Shown here: in pieces, positions 20,810 to 31,800 of the stretch
How the letters are laid out: each line of letters opens with the position of its first letter
Numbering within the stretch: the stretch's first letter is position 1
Origin: Piedraia hortae CBS 480.64
Lineage: Eukaryota
Direction of reading: 5' to 3'
Assembly (NCBI GenBank): GCA_010093745.1
Contig: MU005976.1
Coordinates: 248,001 to 287,431, forward strand
Length of the DNA stretch: 39,431 nt
Made by a program: the position numbers and the translations under genes
Notes under the pieces: generated by a model
What the model was told of the DNA's origin: nothing
The model's database searches: none
Seen by the model: the letters and a program-made list of their open reading frames with translations, nothing else

Positions 20810-22981
20810 ATGCTCCGGCAGCGACCATGCGTTTACTGCTCCTACCGTGCTAATATCAGGCAGCTGCAGACACGGAGATGTCGATCTACGAAATCTTCCC
20901 CCAAGATCACCTTTCACAAGGTCGGTGACAAATACGAATCCCCCAGCCCAGCCAGACGAGCCAGAGATGCAGTGGCTGCAATGAAGAAGAACGGCAAAGG
21001 TGGATTTGCCATGGCCTGGAGGAGGGAAAAGCAGAGTTTCGAAGAGGCCCTAGATGACCGGCTGCACACTCTGAAAAACGAGTTCAAAAAGGCCCCCATA
21101 ATAGAAGTCGTACAGAAAGAACGAGGAGCAAAAGACGACATTTTCCCATCGATATGGTCGGAATTCGAAAAAACGACACAAAAATCTCTTAACCATACAT
21201 TGTCGGAAGCCTGGAAGGAGCAAGGGCTGAGAGGCCTGGAGAACAAAATCCGCTACGCCTTTTACGACCACATTACCAGTTCGCGATTCAATGCGACCGA
21301 GATGAAGAATCAAAAGTTTGTGGCCGATCTTCGTCATCCGGCGGAGTGGTTCCCCAAGGCCAGGATGAAGCAGCGAAAGATATACCTGCACGTTGGACCG
21401 ACCAACTCGGGCAAGACGTACCAGGCTTTGAAGCGAATGGAAACTGCCAAAAAAGCCATTTACGCCGGACCTCTGCGGTTGCTTGCCCATGAAGTGTACT
21501 CTCGGATGAATGCCAAGGGCAGGGCGTGCAGTTTGATCACCGGAGAGGAACGCAGGGTGGCGGCTGAAGACCAAAAAGAGCACGACGGCGCGGATCTCTG
21601 TGCGTGCACTGTGGAAATGATGTCCCTCTCGAAAGAAGTGGACGTTGCTGTGATCGATGAGATCCAAATGATAGGTAACGCGGAGCGGGGATGGGCGTGG
21701 ACACAGGCTCTGCTGGGAGTGAGAGCCGATGAGGTGCATCTTTGCGGCGAAAAGCGAACAGTCCCGCTGATCAAAGAGATTTGTGCCAGCGTCGGGGATG
21801 TACTCGAAGTCCACGAATACGAGCGTTTATCGCCGTTTAGGATGGACGACAAGAGCTTGGACGGCAATCTCAAGTTGCTGAGAAAGGGCGACTGTGTTGT
21901 TTCCTTTTCGGTCATGGGGATTCACGCATTGAGAAAGCAGATTGAGACGCAGACGGGGAAGAAGGTAGCTATTGTGTATGGCAGTCTTCCGCCAGAGACG
22001 CGGGCACAGCAGGCTCGACTGTTCAACGATCCTGATAACGACTACGACTTTTTGGTAGCCTCGGATGCCGTCGGCATGGGTCTCAATCTGGCTATCAAAC
22101 GTATCGTGTTTGAGACTTGCTCCAAATTCGACGGCTACAGACTCCGCACTGTACCTGTGCCTGATATCAAGCAGATTGCAGGCCGTGCGGGTCGTTATCG
22201 TACAGCAACGCAGGGCCAAGGAGGCGGTGAGAACGTGGGTTTGGTGACCACTTTGGAGAAATTCGATTATCCCCTCGTTGCAGCTGCGATGCAAGCCGAG
22301 CCAAGTCCGATCAAAACAGCTGGCTTATTCCCTCCATGCGGCGTCTTGGAACGCTTCTCCAGCTACTTTCCAGTTGGGACGCCATTCAGCTACATACTGA
22401 TGCGTCTTCACGAACTGTCAGAGATGCATCCCCGTTTCCATCTCTGTGGGCTGCGAGATCAGACATATGTTGCCGACTTGATCGAACCCATCAAGGGACT
22501 GACGATAGCCGACCGCAACATCATCTGTGCGACTCCCACGGGGAGGAACGCGAGCATGTGGAGCAAGTTGATGCCGGCGTATGCTCGCTGCATTGCCGAG
22601 CAGAGAGGAGGCCACCTAGCAGACATCAAGGAGCTCCCTCTCGAAGACTTAGAACGACCAGCACCCACTTCACGAGCGCAGTTAGCCAACCTGGAGAAAC
22701 TCCACCAAGGCATCGTCGCCTACCTCTGGCTCTCATACAGATTTGCCGGCATCTTCCCAACCCGCAGCCTGGCCTTCTACGTCAAAGGCATCGTAGAAAC
22801 CAAGATCGAAGAAGAACTAGACAAGCTCTGCTTCACCGACAGCCACCGGCGCAAAGTCGTCGAAGCCCGACAGAGGCGACTAATCCGAGAAATGCTCCAC
22901 CCAGCACCCGCTGAAGAAAAGACACTACCACCCTTAAACCACCAACCCCCAACCGAAACACAACTCCCCTCCATCCAATAA
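20810..22981 (+). CDS. SUV3: Mitochondrial ATP-dependent RNA helicase Suv3 (~723 aa)
   Basis: HVGPTNSGKT, GPLRLLAHE, VIDEIQM, RGWAWTQA, YGSLPPETR, ASDAVGMGLNL and QIAGRAGR. The first ATG (20810) starts an Arg-rich presequence-like N-terminus. Confidence 0.96.
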   Translation: MLRQRPCVYCSYRANIRQLQTRRCRSTKSSPKITFHKVGDKYESPSPARRARDAVAAMKKNGKGGFAMAWRREKQSFEEALDDRLHTLKNEFKKAPIIEVVQKERGAKDDIFPSIWSEFEKTTQKSLNHTLSEAWKEQGLRGLENKIRYAFYDHITSSRFNATEMKNQKFVADLRHPAEWFPKARMKQRKIYLHVGPTNSGKTYQALKRMETAKKAIYAGPLRLLAHEVYSRMNAKGRACSLITGEERRVAAEDQKEHDGADLCACTVEMMSLSKEVDVAVIDEIQMIGNAERGWAWTQALLGVRADEVHLCGEKRTVPLIKEICASVGDVLEVHEYERLSPFRMDDKSLDGNLKLLRKGDCVVSFSVMGIHALRKQIETQTGKKVAIVYGSLPPETRAQQARLFNDPDNDYDFLVASDAVGMGLNLAIKRIVFETCSKFDGYRLRTVPVPDIKQIAGRAGRYRTATQGQGGGENVGLVTTLEKFDYPLVAAAMQAEPSPIKTAGLFPPCGVLERFSSYFPVGTPFSYILMRLHELSEMHPRFHLCGLRDQTYVADLIEPIKGLTIADRNIICATPTGRNASMWSKLMPAYARCIAEQRGGHLADIKELPLEDLERPAPTSRAQLANLEKLHQGIVAYLWLSYRFAGIFPTRSLAFYVKGIVETKIEEELDKLCFTDSHRRKVVEARQRRLIREMLHPAPAEEKTLPPLNHQPPTETQLPSIQ

Positions 22982-23011
22982 CATCTATCTCTACCGTATT
23001 GCCCTAATACA

Positions 23012-23809
23012 TTACTCCCACTCCGTACCCCTCAACCTCTGAAGCAAATACTCCACCTCCACCTCCTTCGTCAACGAAATAACATGATCCCTATACACCG
23101 CCACCACAGCATCCACATCAATCTTCCTCGGGCCGGCAGCATCAAGCGTAGGATCCTTCCCATACAAATCCGCCTTCATCTTAAACCTCTCCAGCACCTT
23201 TTCCTCAACCCCCCTATCCGTAATCGCCTCATTGAGCCCCTCCCTATCCCTAGCCCTAATCAACTCCACAAACCTCCCCATCTCAGCCCGAAACTTCGAC
23301 TCAGCCACAAACTTTCCAAAATGAATCCTCCTCGAAAGCGCCTGAAGGCACTGCACATCCGCCGTCGCCGCGGAACCGTAGTTCTCTTGCGCTTCCCTCC
23401 TCTCCTGGGGTGACCGCTTACAAATAGAAGGTAGGATGGTATTTACATACCTCTCCTTTAGCTCTTTATTCAAATTAACGTCGTTATCCCAGAGGATTTT
23501 GGGGTATTGGAGGGGTGGAAGGATGAGAGGTTCCATCGCGTCCTCGAAAAAGGGATGTTCGTCAGGGGACTGGAAACGGCGGATTTTTGATTGGAGTTTC
23601 TCCTGTTCGCGGAGAACCCAGTCTGAGAAGGAGAGGGTTGAGTTTGGGAGGGGGGTTGCGCCGGGAGTGTAGATTGTTGGGTTAAGGAGGAATTGGGCGC
23701 GTTCGATTAGGAAGAATAGCACTGTGTCTTCGAGACGGATGAGTTGGTAGCGGATGTGGGGGAGGGAGAGGGATTTGGTGGGGTTGGAGAGGTCGATTGC
23801 TAGGTCCAT
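23012..23809 (-). CDS. ARO7: Chorismate mutase (eukaryotic type), 265 aa
   Basis: IRYQLIRLEDT..F.LIERAQF, RRFQSPDEHPF, LQALSRRIHFGKFVAESKF and TKEVEVEYLLQRL. Confidence 0.97.
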   Translation of the reverse strand: MDLAIDLSNPTKSLSLPHIRYQLIRLEDTVLFFLIERAQFLLNPTIYTPGATPLPNSTLSFSDWVLREQEKLQSKIRRFQSPDEHPFFEDAMEPLILPPLQYPKILWDNDVNLNKELKERYVNTILPSICKRSPQERREAQENYGSAATADVQCLQALSRRIHFGKFVAESKFRAEMGRFVELIRARDREGLNEAITDRGVEEKVLERFKMKADLYGKDPTLDAAGPRKIDVDAVVAVYRDHVISLTKEVEVEYLLQRLRGTEWE

Positions 23810-23994
23810 TTGATTTGCTGTAGGGAGGAGGTGTGATGATAGGGTGGTAGGTAGGTATTCTTGGGAAGTTGGACCGGGGGGGTGGAGGGATGGATGCGAG
23901 TGCAGCGCCTCTGATTGGACGAGGCTAAAGGGAGTACCCGTGCACGCTAAAATTTCTCGAAAGAATCCCGCCGCGACTTCATATCAACAGGATA

Positions 23995-26900
23995 ATGTTG
24001 GCGGGACGGAGACGACAGCTGCGACTAGCAGCGTCGTTGGCCCAGCCTTGGCTCGCCCTGGCGCAACTCCGACACATTCGGAGTTTACCCACCATTCGGC
24101 GCCATCTTGCGACGACGACCGACCAGCCCGTGCACGGAGGTAGCGCGGATGAATATGTCCCCTGGGGTGCGGCTATTGTGTCGAAGGATTCTCTCCTTCG
24201 AAGGCCTGACGAAAGTCCGGTGGTCCTGCCGACGCTGCTGCACTCGCCGGACGCGAACTCGACAAAGGTCCAGCATGGCGTGCTTGGCTCGACGAGTGAC
24301 CTCCTGCAGCACCTGTACACGAGTCTGAATATAGGGCGCTTGGCAAGGGCAGAGGCGATTATCAGACGACTGGCGGAGAACGTTCCTGTACAGTCACCGC
24401 ACTTGCGGCATGCGCATACGGTTTATTTGGATGAGAGGCTTGGTTGTAGCTTGGAGGCGGCTGATGTGCAGAGGAAGGGGGAGATTTTGAGGGAGATGAA
24501 GAGCTGGTTTGAGATGGAGGTGTGTCAGAAGGGCGTTCAGCCGGATGCGAGGATGCTGGTTGTGATGACCCGCGCGACTATCGATGCCTTGGAGGGGGAG
24601 AGTAGGGACGGGGAGATTAGGCGGTATGTTGAGTGGGCACATTCTTTGGGGGAAGATGTCGGGGAGGAGGTCCTTTATTCGGAGGAATATGACGATGATG
24701 AGCTGCTTGTTGTCGGCCAGGCCATGGATATGTTCCCTGCAGAGGAAGAAGCAGGAGAGGCAATTGAAGCAGCTCCGGAGGTTGTCGAGAAAGCTCCTTC
24801 GGTGGACATGCTGCCAGAACTGATATCTACCGAACAAAAGGGCTCGGGTCTCCAAGGCATCAAGTACACGATGCAGCCACTGACGGATGTCCCACCACTG
24901 CCGCCCGATGCTTCTGAGGAGGCCAAGCACCAGCGTGCCCTCATGCTCCAGAAGCAGCTCGAGGAACGTTCGCTCGAAATGGCAATAGACAGATGGCGGA
25001 GAGCGGACGAAGAACTGCGCGAAATGGGAATTTCCTCTGCTCTGGAGAGCAAACCGGTAGCGGCGTTGATGTGGCAGTGGCACCAAACCCTCGTTCCCAT
25101 TCTGAAGAAAGAAGTGGCTGAAGTCACCAAGCTGCTGAATAAACCAGACCAGAAAACCGACGACGACCGCTACCATTACGGTCCCTATCTCGAACTATTC
25201 ACCCCCGACACCCTCGCAGCACACACCATCATGAACGTCACAGCCATGATTGTGAACGGCAAGACCAGAGACATGAACCACTACGATTTGGAAGTCAAGC
25301 TGATCCAGCTCACCACGGGCCTCGTGAAGCATCTGGAAGAAGAATGCCAAATGCTGACTGCGGTGCGAAAAGCCAACCGCCGGCAGAAGAAGAAGCAGCC
25401 AAAGGGAGCCAAAGCTGGGCGGTTAAAGTTGGCCAAGAGGCGAACAGACAGAGCAGAGCCCGATCTCATCAACTGGCCCATCGAGGCCAAGGTCAAACTC
25501 GGTGCTCTGCTGATTGGGAAATTGATTGAAGCTGCTCAGTTACCCGTCACTCGCGAACACCCGCGAACCAAAGAGAATGTAACCCAGATGCAGCCTGCTT
25601 TCCTGCACAGAGTGAAGTACGTCTCGGGCAGAAAGGTTGGTGTCGTAGCTCCGAACCCAGCTCTGGTGGACAAGTTGTTGTCCGAGCCGACAGGCAGTCT
25701 ACTAGCTAAGCGGATGCCGATGCTTGTCAAGCCAAAGCCCTGGACAGGGTGGACGAGTGGCGGCTATCTCTTCCATCCAAGCACAATCATGCGGCTGACT
25801 CCACCAGACGAGGGAAACCGAGATTACTTCCGCGCGGCTGCCCAACGCGGCGACTTGCAGCAGGTGTATAATGGACTCAACGCGTTGAGCGAAGTCCCGT
25901 GGCGTGTTCACCCGGGGGTGCTGAAGACTCAGATCGAGGCTTGGAATACAGGAGAGGAAATTGCGAATTTTCCGGCTCTGAACCCGCACTTTGAAATCCC
26001 TCCTGAGCCTTCGGATGACCCCAGCACGGGGTCCAGGAGGAGATGGCTGGCTGCGTTGAAAGAGATTAAAGATCGACGGACGGGTTTGCACTCTAAGCGG
26101 TGTTTCCAAAACTACCAGCTCGAAGTTGCGCGTTCTTATGCCAACGAGACCCTTTATTTTCCCCACAATATGGACTTTCGAGGCCGAGCGTACCCCATCC
26201 CGCCCTATCTTAACCACATGGGTGCGGATAACGTTCGCGGGCTTTTAGTCTTTGCCAATGGTAAGCCCCTGGGCGAGAATGGTCTGCGGTGGTTGAAGAT
26301 CCACACGGCTACTGTTGCTGGGAAGGACAAGATCAGCCTCAGCGAGAGGGTGCAGTTTACAGAAGATCATCTAGAGGACATCTATGACTCTGCGCACAAC
26401 CCTCTCGGTGGACGGAGATGGTGGCTGCAAGCTGAAGATGCGTGGCAGACACTGGCCGCCTGCTTCGAGTTGACGGCAGCCATGGAGTCTCCAGACCCAA
26501 CCAAATTCATCTCTACATTACCCATCCAACAAGACGGCACTTGCAACGGTCTGCAACACTACGCCGCCCTCGGCGGAGACGAAGTCGGCGCCCGCCAAGT
26601 CAACCTCGAACCCGGGGACAAGCCCGCGGACGTGTACACCGCCGTGGCCGAAGCCGTCACGGAATCCATCCACAACGACGCTCTCGCGGGCGACCCTCTG
26701 GCGAAGGAACTGGACGGCCACGTCACACGCAAATGCGTCAAACAACCCGTCATGACCAACGTCTACGGCGTGACCTTCTTTGGCGCACGGGAACAAGTCG
26801 ACCGCCAACTCGAAGAAATCTTCCCAACCAAGCCCCCCACCCACCGCCGCGTCCTCGCACACTACATCACCAAAAAAATCTTCAGTTCCCTGGGGACAAT

Positions 26901-28026
26901 GTTCCGCGGCGCGCAGGACATCCAGTTCTGGCTGGGCCGGTGTGCAGGTCGCATCGTAACCTCCCTCACCCCAGAACAAATCACCGAACTCACCCAACCC
27001 GCGAAGCATCCCTCCTCCCCAACCCCAGAGGTGAAAAAACGAGGCCGTCGTCCCACCTCCCCCCCAAAAGAAACATCTCTCGTCACGGCCGAAGACATCC
27101 GCAACAGGCACCAAGCCATCGCCGCCTCCCGCTTTTTATTCAAATCAACCGTAATCTGGACAACCCCCCTCCGCCTTCCCGTCGTCCAACCCTACCGCCA
27201 ACCCCAATACCAATACATCAAAACGGGCCTTCAAACAATCCGACTCCAAAACCCCCAAATCCACAACCCCGTCTCCAAACGGAAACAACTTCAAGGCTTT
27301 CCGCCGAATTTCATCCACTCGTTGGATGCGACGCATATGTTTCTCTCGGCAATCTCGTGTAGGGAGAAGGGACTTACATTTGCGGCGATTCATGATTCCT
27401 TTTGGACGCACGCGTGCGATGTGGATGAGTTGGGAGGGACGCTTCGCGCCGCGTTTGTGAATATGCATGCGGAGGATGTGGTTGGACGGTTGAGGGAGGA
27501 GATGGAGGTTAGGTACGCTGGGTGTGTGTACCTTTGTCCCGTGATGCCGGAGTCGGAGGCGGGGAGGAAAATAAATGCGTTGAGGAAGGGGAGGAAAGGG
27601 GGGCACGAGCTGAAGATGGAGGTGGAGAGATTAGAGCTGCTTCGCAGTGATAATCCGGAGGAGAGGGATAGGGGGGAAAAGATGATCACGCCGGGGGCGA
27701 TCGTGGAGAAGTATGGGGAGGGGGGGGTTGAGATGGAGGAGTTGGGCGTTGTGGAGGGGCAGAAGTTGGGGAAGGTGCCTGAGGGGGTGGATCGGGATGT
27801 AGCCGGGAGAGAGGTGATCGAAGGGGAGGAGGAGGAAGAGAGGGAGGAGGATGCTGAAGCTGGGGCTGCTGCGCAGGAGAATGTCAAGGTGGTTAAGGGG
27901 AAGAAGACGGGAAAGTCGGCGACGCATTTGCTGTATGTGTGGAGGCCACTGACGTTTCCCGAAGTGCCGAGGAAAGGGTCGTTCAATGTTAGGAGGCTGA
28001 TTGGGAGTCAGTATTTTTTTCATTGA
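23995..28026 (+). CDS. RPO41: Mitochondrial single-subunit (T7-like) RNA polymerase, intronless, 1343 aa
   Basis: PHNMDFRGRAYP, QQDGTCNGLQHYAALG, RKCVKQPVMTNVYG, PPNFIHSLDATHM, IHDSFWTH and the C-terminal SQYFFH; basic N-terminal presequence. Confidence 0.97.
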   Translation: MLAGRRRQLRLAASLAQPWLALAQLRHIRSLPTIRRHLATTTDQPVHGGSADEYVPWGAAIVSKDSLLRRPDESPVVLPTLLHSPDANSTKVQHGVLGSTSDLLQHLYTSLNIGRLARAEAIIRRLAENVPVQSPHLRHAHTVYLDERLGCSLEAADVQRKGEILREMKSWFEMEVCQKGVQPDARMLVVMTRATIDALEGESRDGEIRRYVEWAHSLGEDVGEEVLYSEEYDDDELLVVGQAMDMFPAEEEAGEAIEAAPEVVEKAPSVDMLPELISTEQKGSGLQGIKYTMQPLTDVPPLPPDASEEAKHQRALMLQKQLEERSLEMAIDRWRRADEELREMGISSALESKPVAALMWQWHQTLVPILKKEVAEVTKLLNKPDQKTDDDRYHYGPYLELFTPDTLAAHTIMNVTAMIVNGKTRDMNHYDLEVKLIQLTTGLVKHLEEECQMLTAVRKANRRQKKKQPKGAKAGRLKLAKRRTDRAEPDLINWPIEAKVKLGALLIGKLIEAAQLPVTREHPRTKENVTQMQPAFLHRVKYVSGRKVGVVAPNPALVDKLLSEPTGSLLAKRMPMLVKPKPWTGWTSGGYLFHPSTIMRLTPPDEGNRDYFRAAAQRGDLQQVYNGLNALSEVPWRVHPGVLKTQIEAWNTGEEIANFPALNPHFEIPPEPSDDPSTGSRRRWLAALKEIKDRRTGLHSKRCFQNYQLEVARSYANETLYFPHNMDFRGRAYPIPPYLNHMGADNVRGLLVFANGKPLGENGLRWLKIHTATVAGKDKISLSERVQFTEDHLEDIYDSAHNPLGGRRWWLQAEDAWQTLAACFELTAAMESPDPTKFISTLPIQQDGTCNGLQHYAALGGDEVGARQVNLEPGDKPADVYTAVAEAVTESIHNDALAGDPLAKELDGHVTRKCVKQPVMTNVYGVTFFGAREQVDRQLEEIFPTKPPTHRRVLAHYITKKIFSSLGTMFRGAQDIQFWLGRCAGRIVTSLTPEQITELTQPAKHPSSPTPEVKKRGRRPTSPPKETSLVTAEDIRNRHQAIAASRFLFKSTVIWTTPLRLPVVQPYRQPQYQYIKTGLQTIRLQNPQIHNPVSKRKQLQGFPPNFIHSLDATHMFLSAISCREKGLTFAAIHDSFWTHACDVDELGGTLRAAFVNMHAEDVVGRLREEMEVRYAGCVYLCPVMPESEAGRKINALRKGRKGGHELKMEVERLELLRSDNPEERDRGEKMITPGAIVEKYGEGGVEMEELGVVEGQKLGKVPEGVDRDVAGREVIEGEEEEEREEDAEAGAAAQENVKVVKGKKTGKSATHLLYVWRPLTFPEVPRKGSFNVRRLIGSQYFFH

Positions 28027-28595
28027 TGTGTTATAGTTGCATGGCGAGCATGGGAGGGTATATGTATAGTATTCTGTACAATGAATGTGGGATAGCGTTT
28101 CAGGAAGCAGATACTGGGCCATCACCTTTACCAATGGTGACAGCGGGATTGCAAGACAGGGCGACACACCCTTGATAAAATCTATCAAACATTGCAACTT
28201 CAGTTTTACAGTAAGATAATCAATGGGACTGGATAAATCGTCAGAAAAGCTGGAACGCTGCTTGATACGCTGTCACGAGGGACCTTCATCAGATGCCATC
28301 ACGCTGACAGTCTATCTGAACTGTCATCGTGGTACCAGCGGTTCTGGTCCCACGCTTTGTATCATCACAGTATTACCACCGCGGCTCCACGCTATCTCGA
28401 AACCTTGACTTCCTGGAAAGACGTGGGCAAATGACAGCCTTTCTCAGGGCTATCTGCCCGTCTTTTAAAAGAGACTCTGCAACTCCGAGGCTTCCCGAAC
28501 CTGGCAAGCCCAATATTCCTTCACAAAATGTCTAGTGACAGATAAGACTGACTTCCCCGGAGTTCTACCGAGGCGTCAAGATCCAACCACGCAAC

Positions 28596-28732
28596 CACGT
28601 GTCACCCACGCGCCCAGCTTGTGTACCAACGTCTGTAATCTGGCCAGATACTAAACCTGTTTCAGTCAGATGAGACACTAGCGCATTCTTCCACGGGGAA
28701 GACAGTCGAACGTTGACAAATCGTGACACGTG
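28596..28732 (+). promoter_or_regulatory. Two CACGTG E-boxes, candidate Pho4/NUC-1 phosphate-response sites upstream of GDE1
   Basis: CACGTG at 28596-28601 and 28727-28732, within 270 bp of the ATG, with near-matches CACGCG and CACGGG between them. Confidence 0.5.
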
Positions 28733-28863
28733 TAGTAACACCCGTAGTCATTCTCAAAAGTTTCCACGAGAGCTGGAACAATGAGCCCATCATTGGAATT
28801 CGCTTGGCCGAAGTGAGCATTAAACCTGCCACATTTTTACAGCTCTACACCACCACTTTTGCC

Positions 28864-31800
28864 ATGAAATTCGGCCAAAACCTGCCTAGGAACCAAGTTC
28901 CAGAATGGGCCCATGCATACATTGATTACAAGGGCCTAAAGAGGCTCATCAAGACTGCGCAGAGAGAAAAAGAAGCCGGCCAGGAACCAGATCTTGCCGC
29001 TTTTCTGTTCATGCTTGATCGTCAACTGGAGAATATCGACACTTTCTATAATCGAAAATATGGCGAGCTGTCCAGGAGGCTTCGCTTGCTTTATAATCGG
29101 TATGGAATGTTGTCTAAAATGCAGGGTGCTATGGATAAGGACGAGATGGATGATCTCATGGCTACCTTATTGGAGCTAAGAGGCCAGTATAGGAACCTGC
29201 AGTGGTACGGTGAAGTGAATAGACGCGGTTTCATCAAGATTACGAAGAAACTGGATAAGAAAATCCCCCAGGCTGCGGCCCAGAGTCAGTATGTTTCCAC
29301 GAAGATTGACCCTAAGCCGTTTGCAACCAACAACAAGCTCGCGTTGGACCTGCGTAGTATTAACGATTGGTTGTCCAACCTTGGTCCTATCAAAGAGCAT
29401 CAGGAGGATGCTTCATCAGACACCAGCTCCGGCTCGCTCCGTCGCATGGCTTCCAAGAATGCGGTCACGATCCCGGCGCTTAAGCTGGAAGGGATTGAAA
29501 AGGCTATCCGTCAAGACGATGTTGTTGCCCTCTTTGAACTGCTTGCTGATGTGAAATTTACTACGGCCTCGCAAAGGGAGTGCATCTACCTTGATTTGCT
29601 CCAAAGGGCCATCACAAACCGATCCTTGGGATGCATCGAAGCCTTTCTCTCTCGCGTATCCAGCCTGCAGCAGGACGATGACATGAACAAGAGAAACTGC
29701 CTTCACAGGATTATCATTGCTATTGGACGCGCCAGGGCTTTAGCGAGTGAAGACGAGAAATACATCAGCGCTGCCCGACATCCTGTCAGCGCTCCTCCGC
29801 CTATTAACGTGGCAGAGTGTGATCCCGACTTGAGCGTAGGCGGCAAGGACTTGGAAGCTGTGAAAGTACTTGCCTTTTTACTGCAACATATGACTACCGA
29901 GCAGCGACCAGCCATTGCGTCAAAAGACTCTCACGGCAGACTGCCCCTGCACTACGCAGCGCAGTACGGCCTTGTCGACGTGTGTCAGGAACTTATCAAG
30001 TACATGCGTCGATGGGACCTGTTCAGCGCGTCTGAAGGGACGACCAACTCGGCGTGGTGGCAGGAATCAGACGGGAAGCTGCCACTGCATCTGGCTATCA
30101 TCGGAGGACATCCAAAGACTACGCGAGTTCTGCTTTGCATTGATGAGAAGACGGGTCACGCTGATATTATGCAGGGGGGTGCTTTGCTGGCTCTGGCGAC
30201 GAAATCGAATTTTCACGTCATTGTTCAGATGCTGGTTGATGCGGGCGTTTCGGTTAATTACCAGGATCAGTCGGGTGATACTGCTTTGCATATTGCTGCG
30301 CGTCTGGGACACGAGGACTGTGCCAAGGCTATCCTGTCTGCTGCTGATGTGGATGTTGAGATCGGGGAGAAGACGTATGGCTGGACGCCGCTGTTTATTG
30401 CGTGTGTTGATGGACATATGAGTATTGTGAAGATTTTGGTTTCTCATGGTGCCCGGGTGTTGGATAAAGATCAATCGGGATGGACGCCAAAAGAGCATGC
30501 TGCACTCCGCGGTCATATTGCTATTGCAGAGTATTTGGATACTCTGGGACCGGATAGTCCGGATGCCTCGACCGATAACAACTCTCTCGAGGACCGTACG
30601 TCAAAGTGCGTTTCCAAGGCGAGCAACACTCCGGTCAAGTCTTTTGGTCATCGGTATCTCACTGATTCGTCTCTGGTATTGGTCAGCCTTGGGTCAATGG
30701 ACCCGCGTAAGGACCATGTGCCTGCTGTCAGCTTCGAGAGCATTGCCCTTAACAAGGCGCAGTCGACGCAGCTTGACACTGCCCTGTCCATTGTGGTATC
30801 AGCACAGAATGCCACTGGAGACGCAACAGTCATTGATCTCCCGGTGCAGGAAAACATCAGCACGTCTCCCATTACGTTCCAAACCAAAGATCCGTCGCAG
30901 GTGAAGCTTCTCTTTGACGTTGTTCACACGTATTCTGGCCAGACAGATAAAATTGTCGGTCGTGCCGTTGCTATTCTATCCAGCATCAAACCGTCGATTG
31001 GGACGAAAAGGATGAACCTGCAAGGCGACCTCTCCGTTCCGGTGGTTGCCAGCACAACCCTCGACGTAATTGGCACCGTCAACTTCAACTTTCTCATCAT
31101 CACCCCGTTCGTCCACCCGAACATGTCCGTCTCAGCGGAACGAACATACTGGAAGAAATCAGCAACGCACGTCATCGGCCACCGCGGACTAGGCAAGAAC
31201 ATGCCTAACCGCAACAGCCTCCAACTAGGCGAGAACACCATCGACAGTTTCATCGCCGCGGCCTCTCTGGGGGCATCATACGTCGAATTCGATGTCCAAA
31301 TGACCAAAGACCACGTCCCAGTCATCTACCACGACTTCCTCGTCAGCGAAACGGGCGTGGATGTACCCGTCCACAGCCTTACATTAGAACAATTCCTTGC
31401 TCTGTCCGAGCATCGCAGTCCCCCTAGCCGGGGACAACCCAACAGCGAAGCCTCCCCGCCCACCCTCCCCCGCCGCCCCCAGAGGAGCTACTCAGTCGAC
31501 ACCCCTCCCTCGCATGCCACCCAGGACAGCGTTACCTCCCGCCTGCAACTAACCCGCGACTTCAAAAAGAAAGGCTTCAAAGGCAACCTCCGAGGCCACA
31601 GCATCGGAAGCGAATTCACCACCTTGAAAAACCTCTTCGTCACCCTCCCCGAACACATCTCCTTTAACATCGAAATGAAATACCCCATGCTCTGGGAATC
31701 CGTCGACGAGGAAATGGATACCTACTGCATTGAACTCAACTCGTTCGTGGACACGATCCTCTCGACCGTCTACGATTACGCTGCGACGTCGAACCGGCAG

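Noticed and set aside
23995..28026. T7-phage-like RNA polymerase as a viral or linear-plasmid insertion
   Set aside because: It has a mitochondrial-type presequence and a long N-terminal extension and sits among housekeeping genes, so it is ordinary nuclear RPO41.
28723..28863. N-terminal extensions of GDE1 (GTG start) and SUV3 (TTG at 20789) in the ORF track
   Set aside because: The context is eukaryotic. The SPX domain begins at MKFG (28864), and SUV3 has an ATG at 20810.
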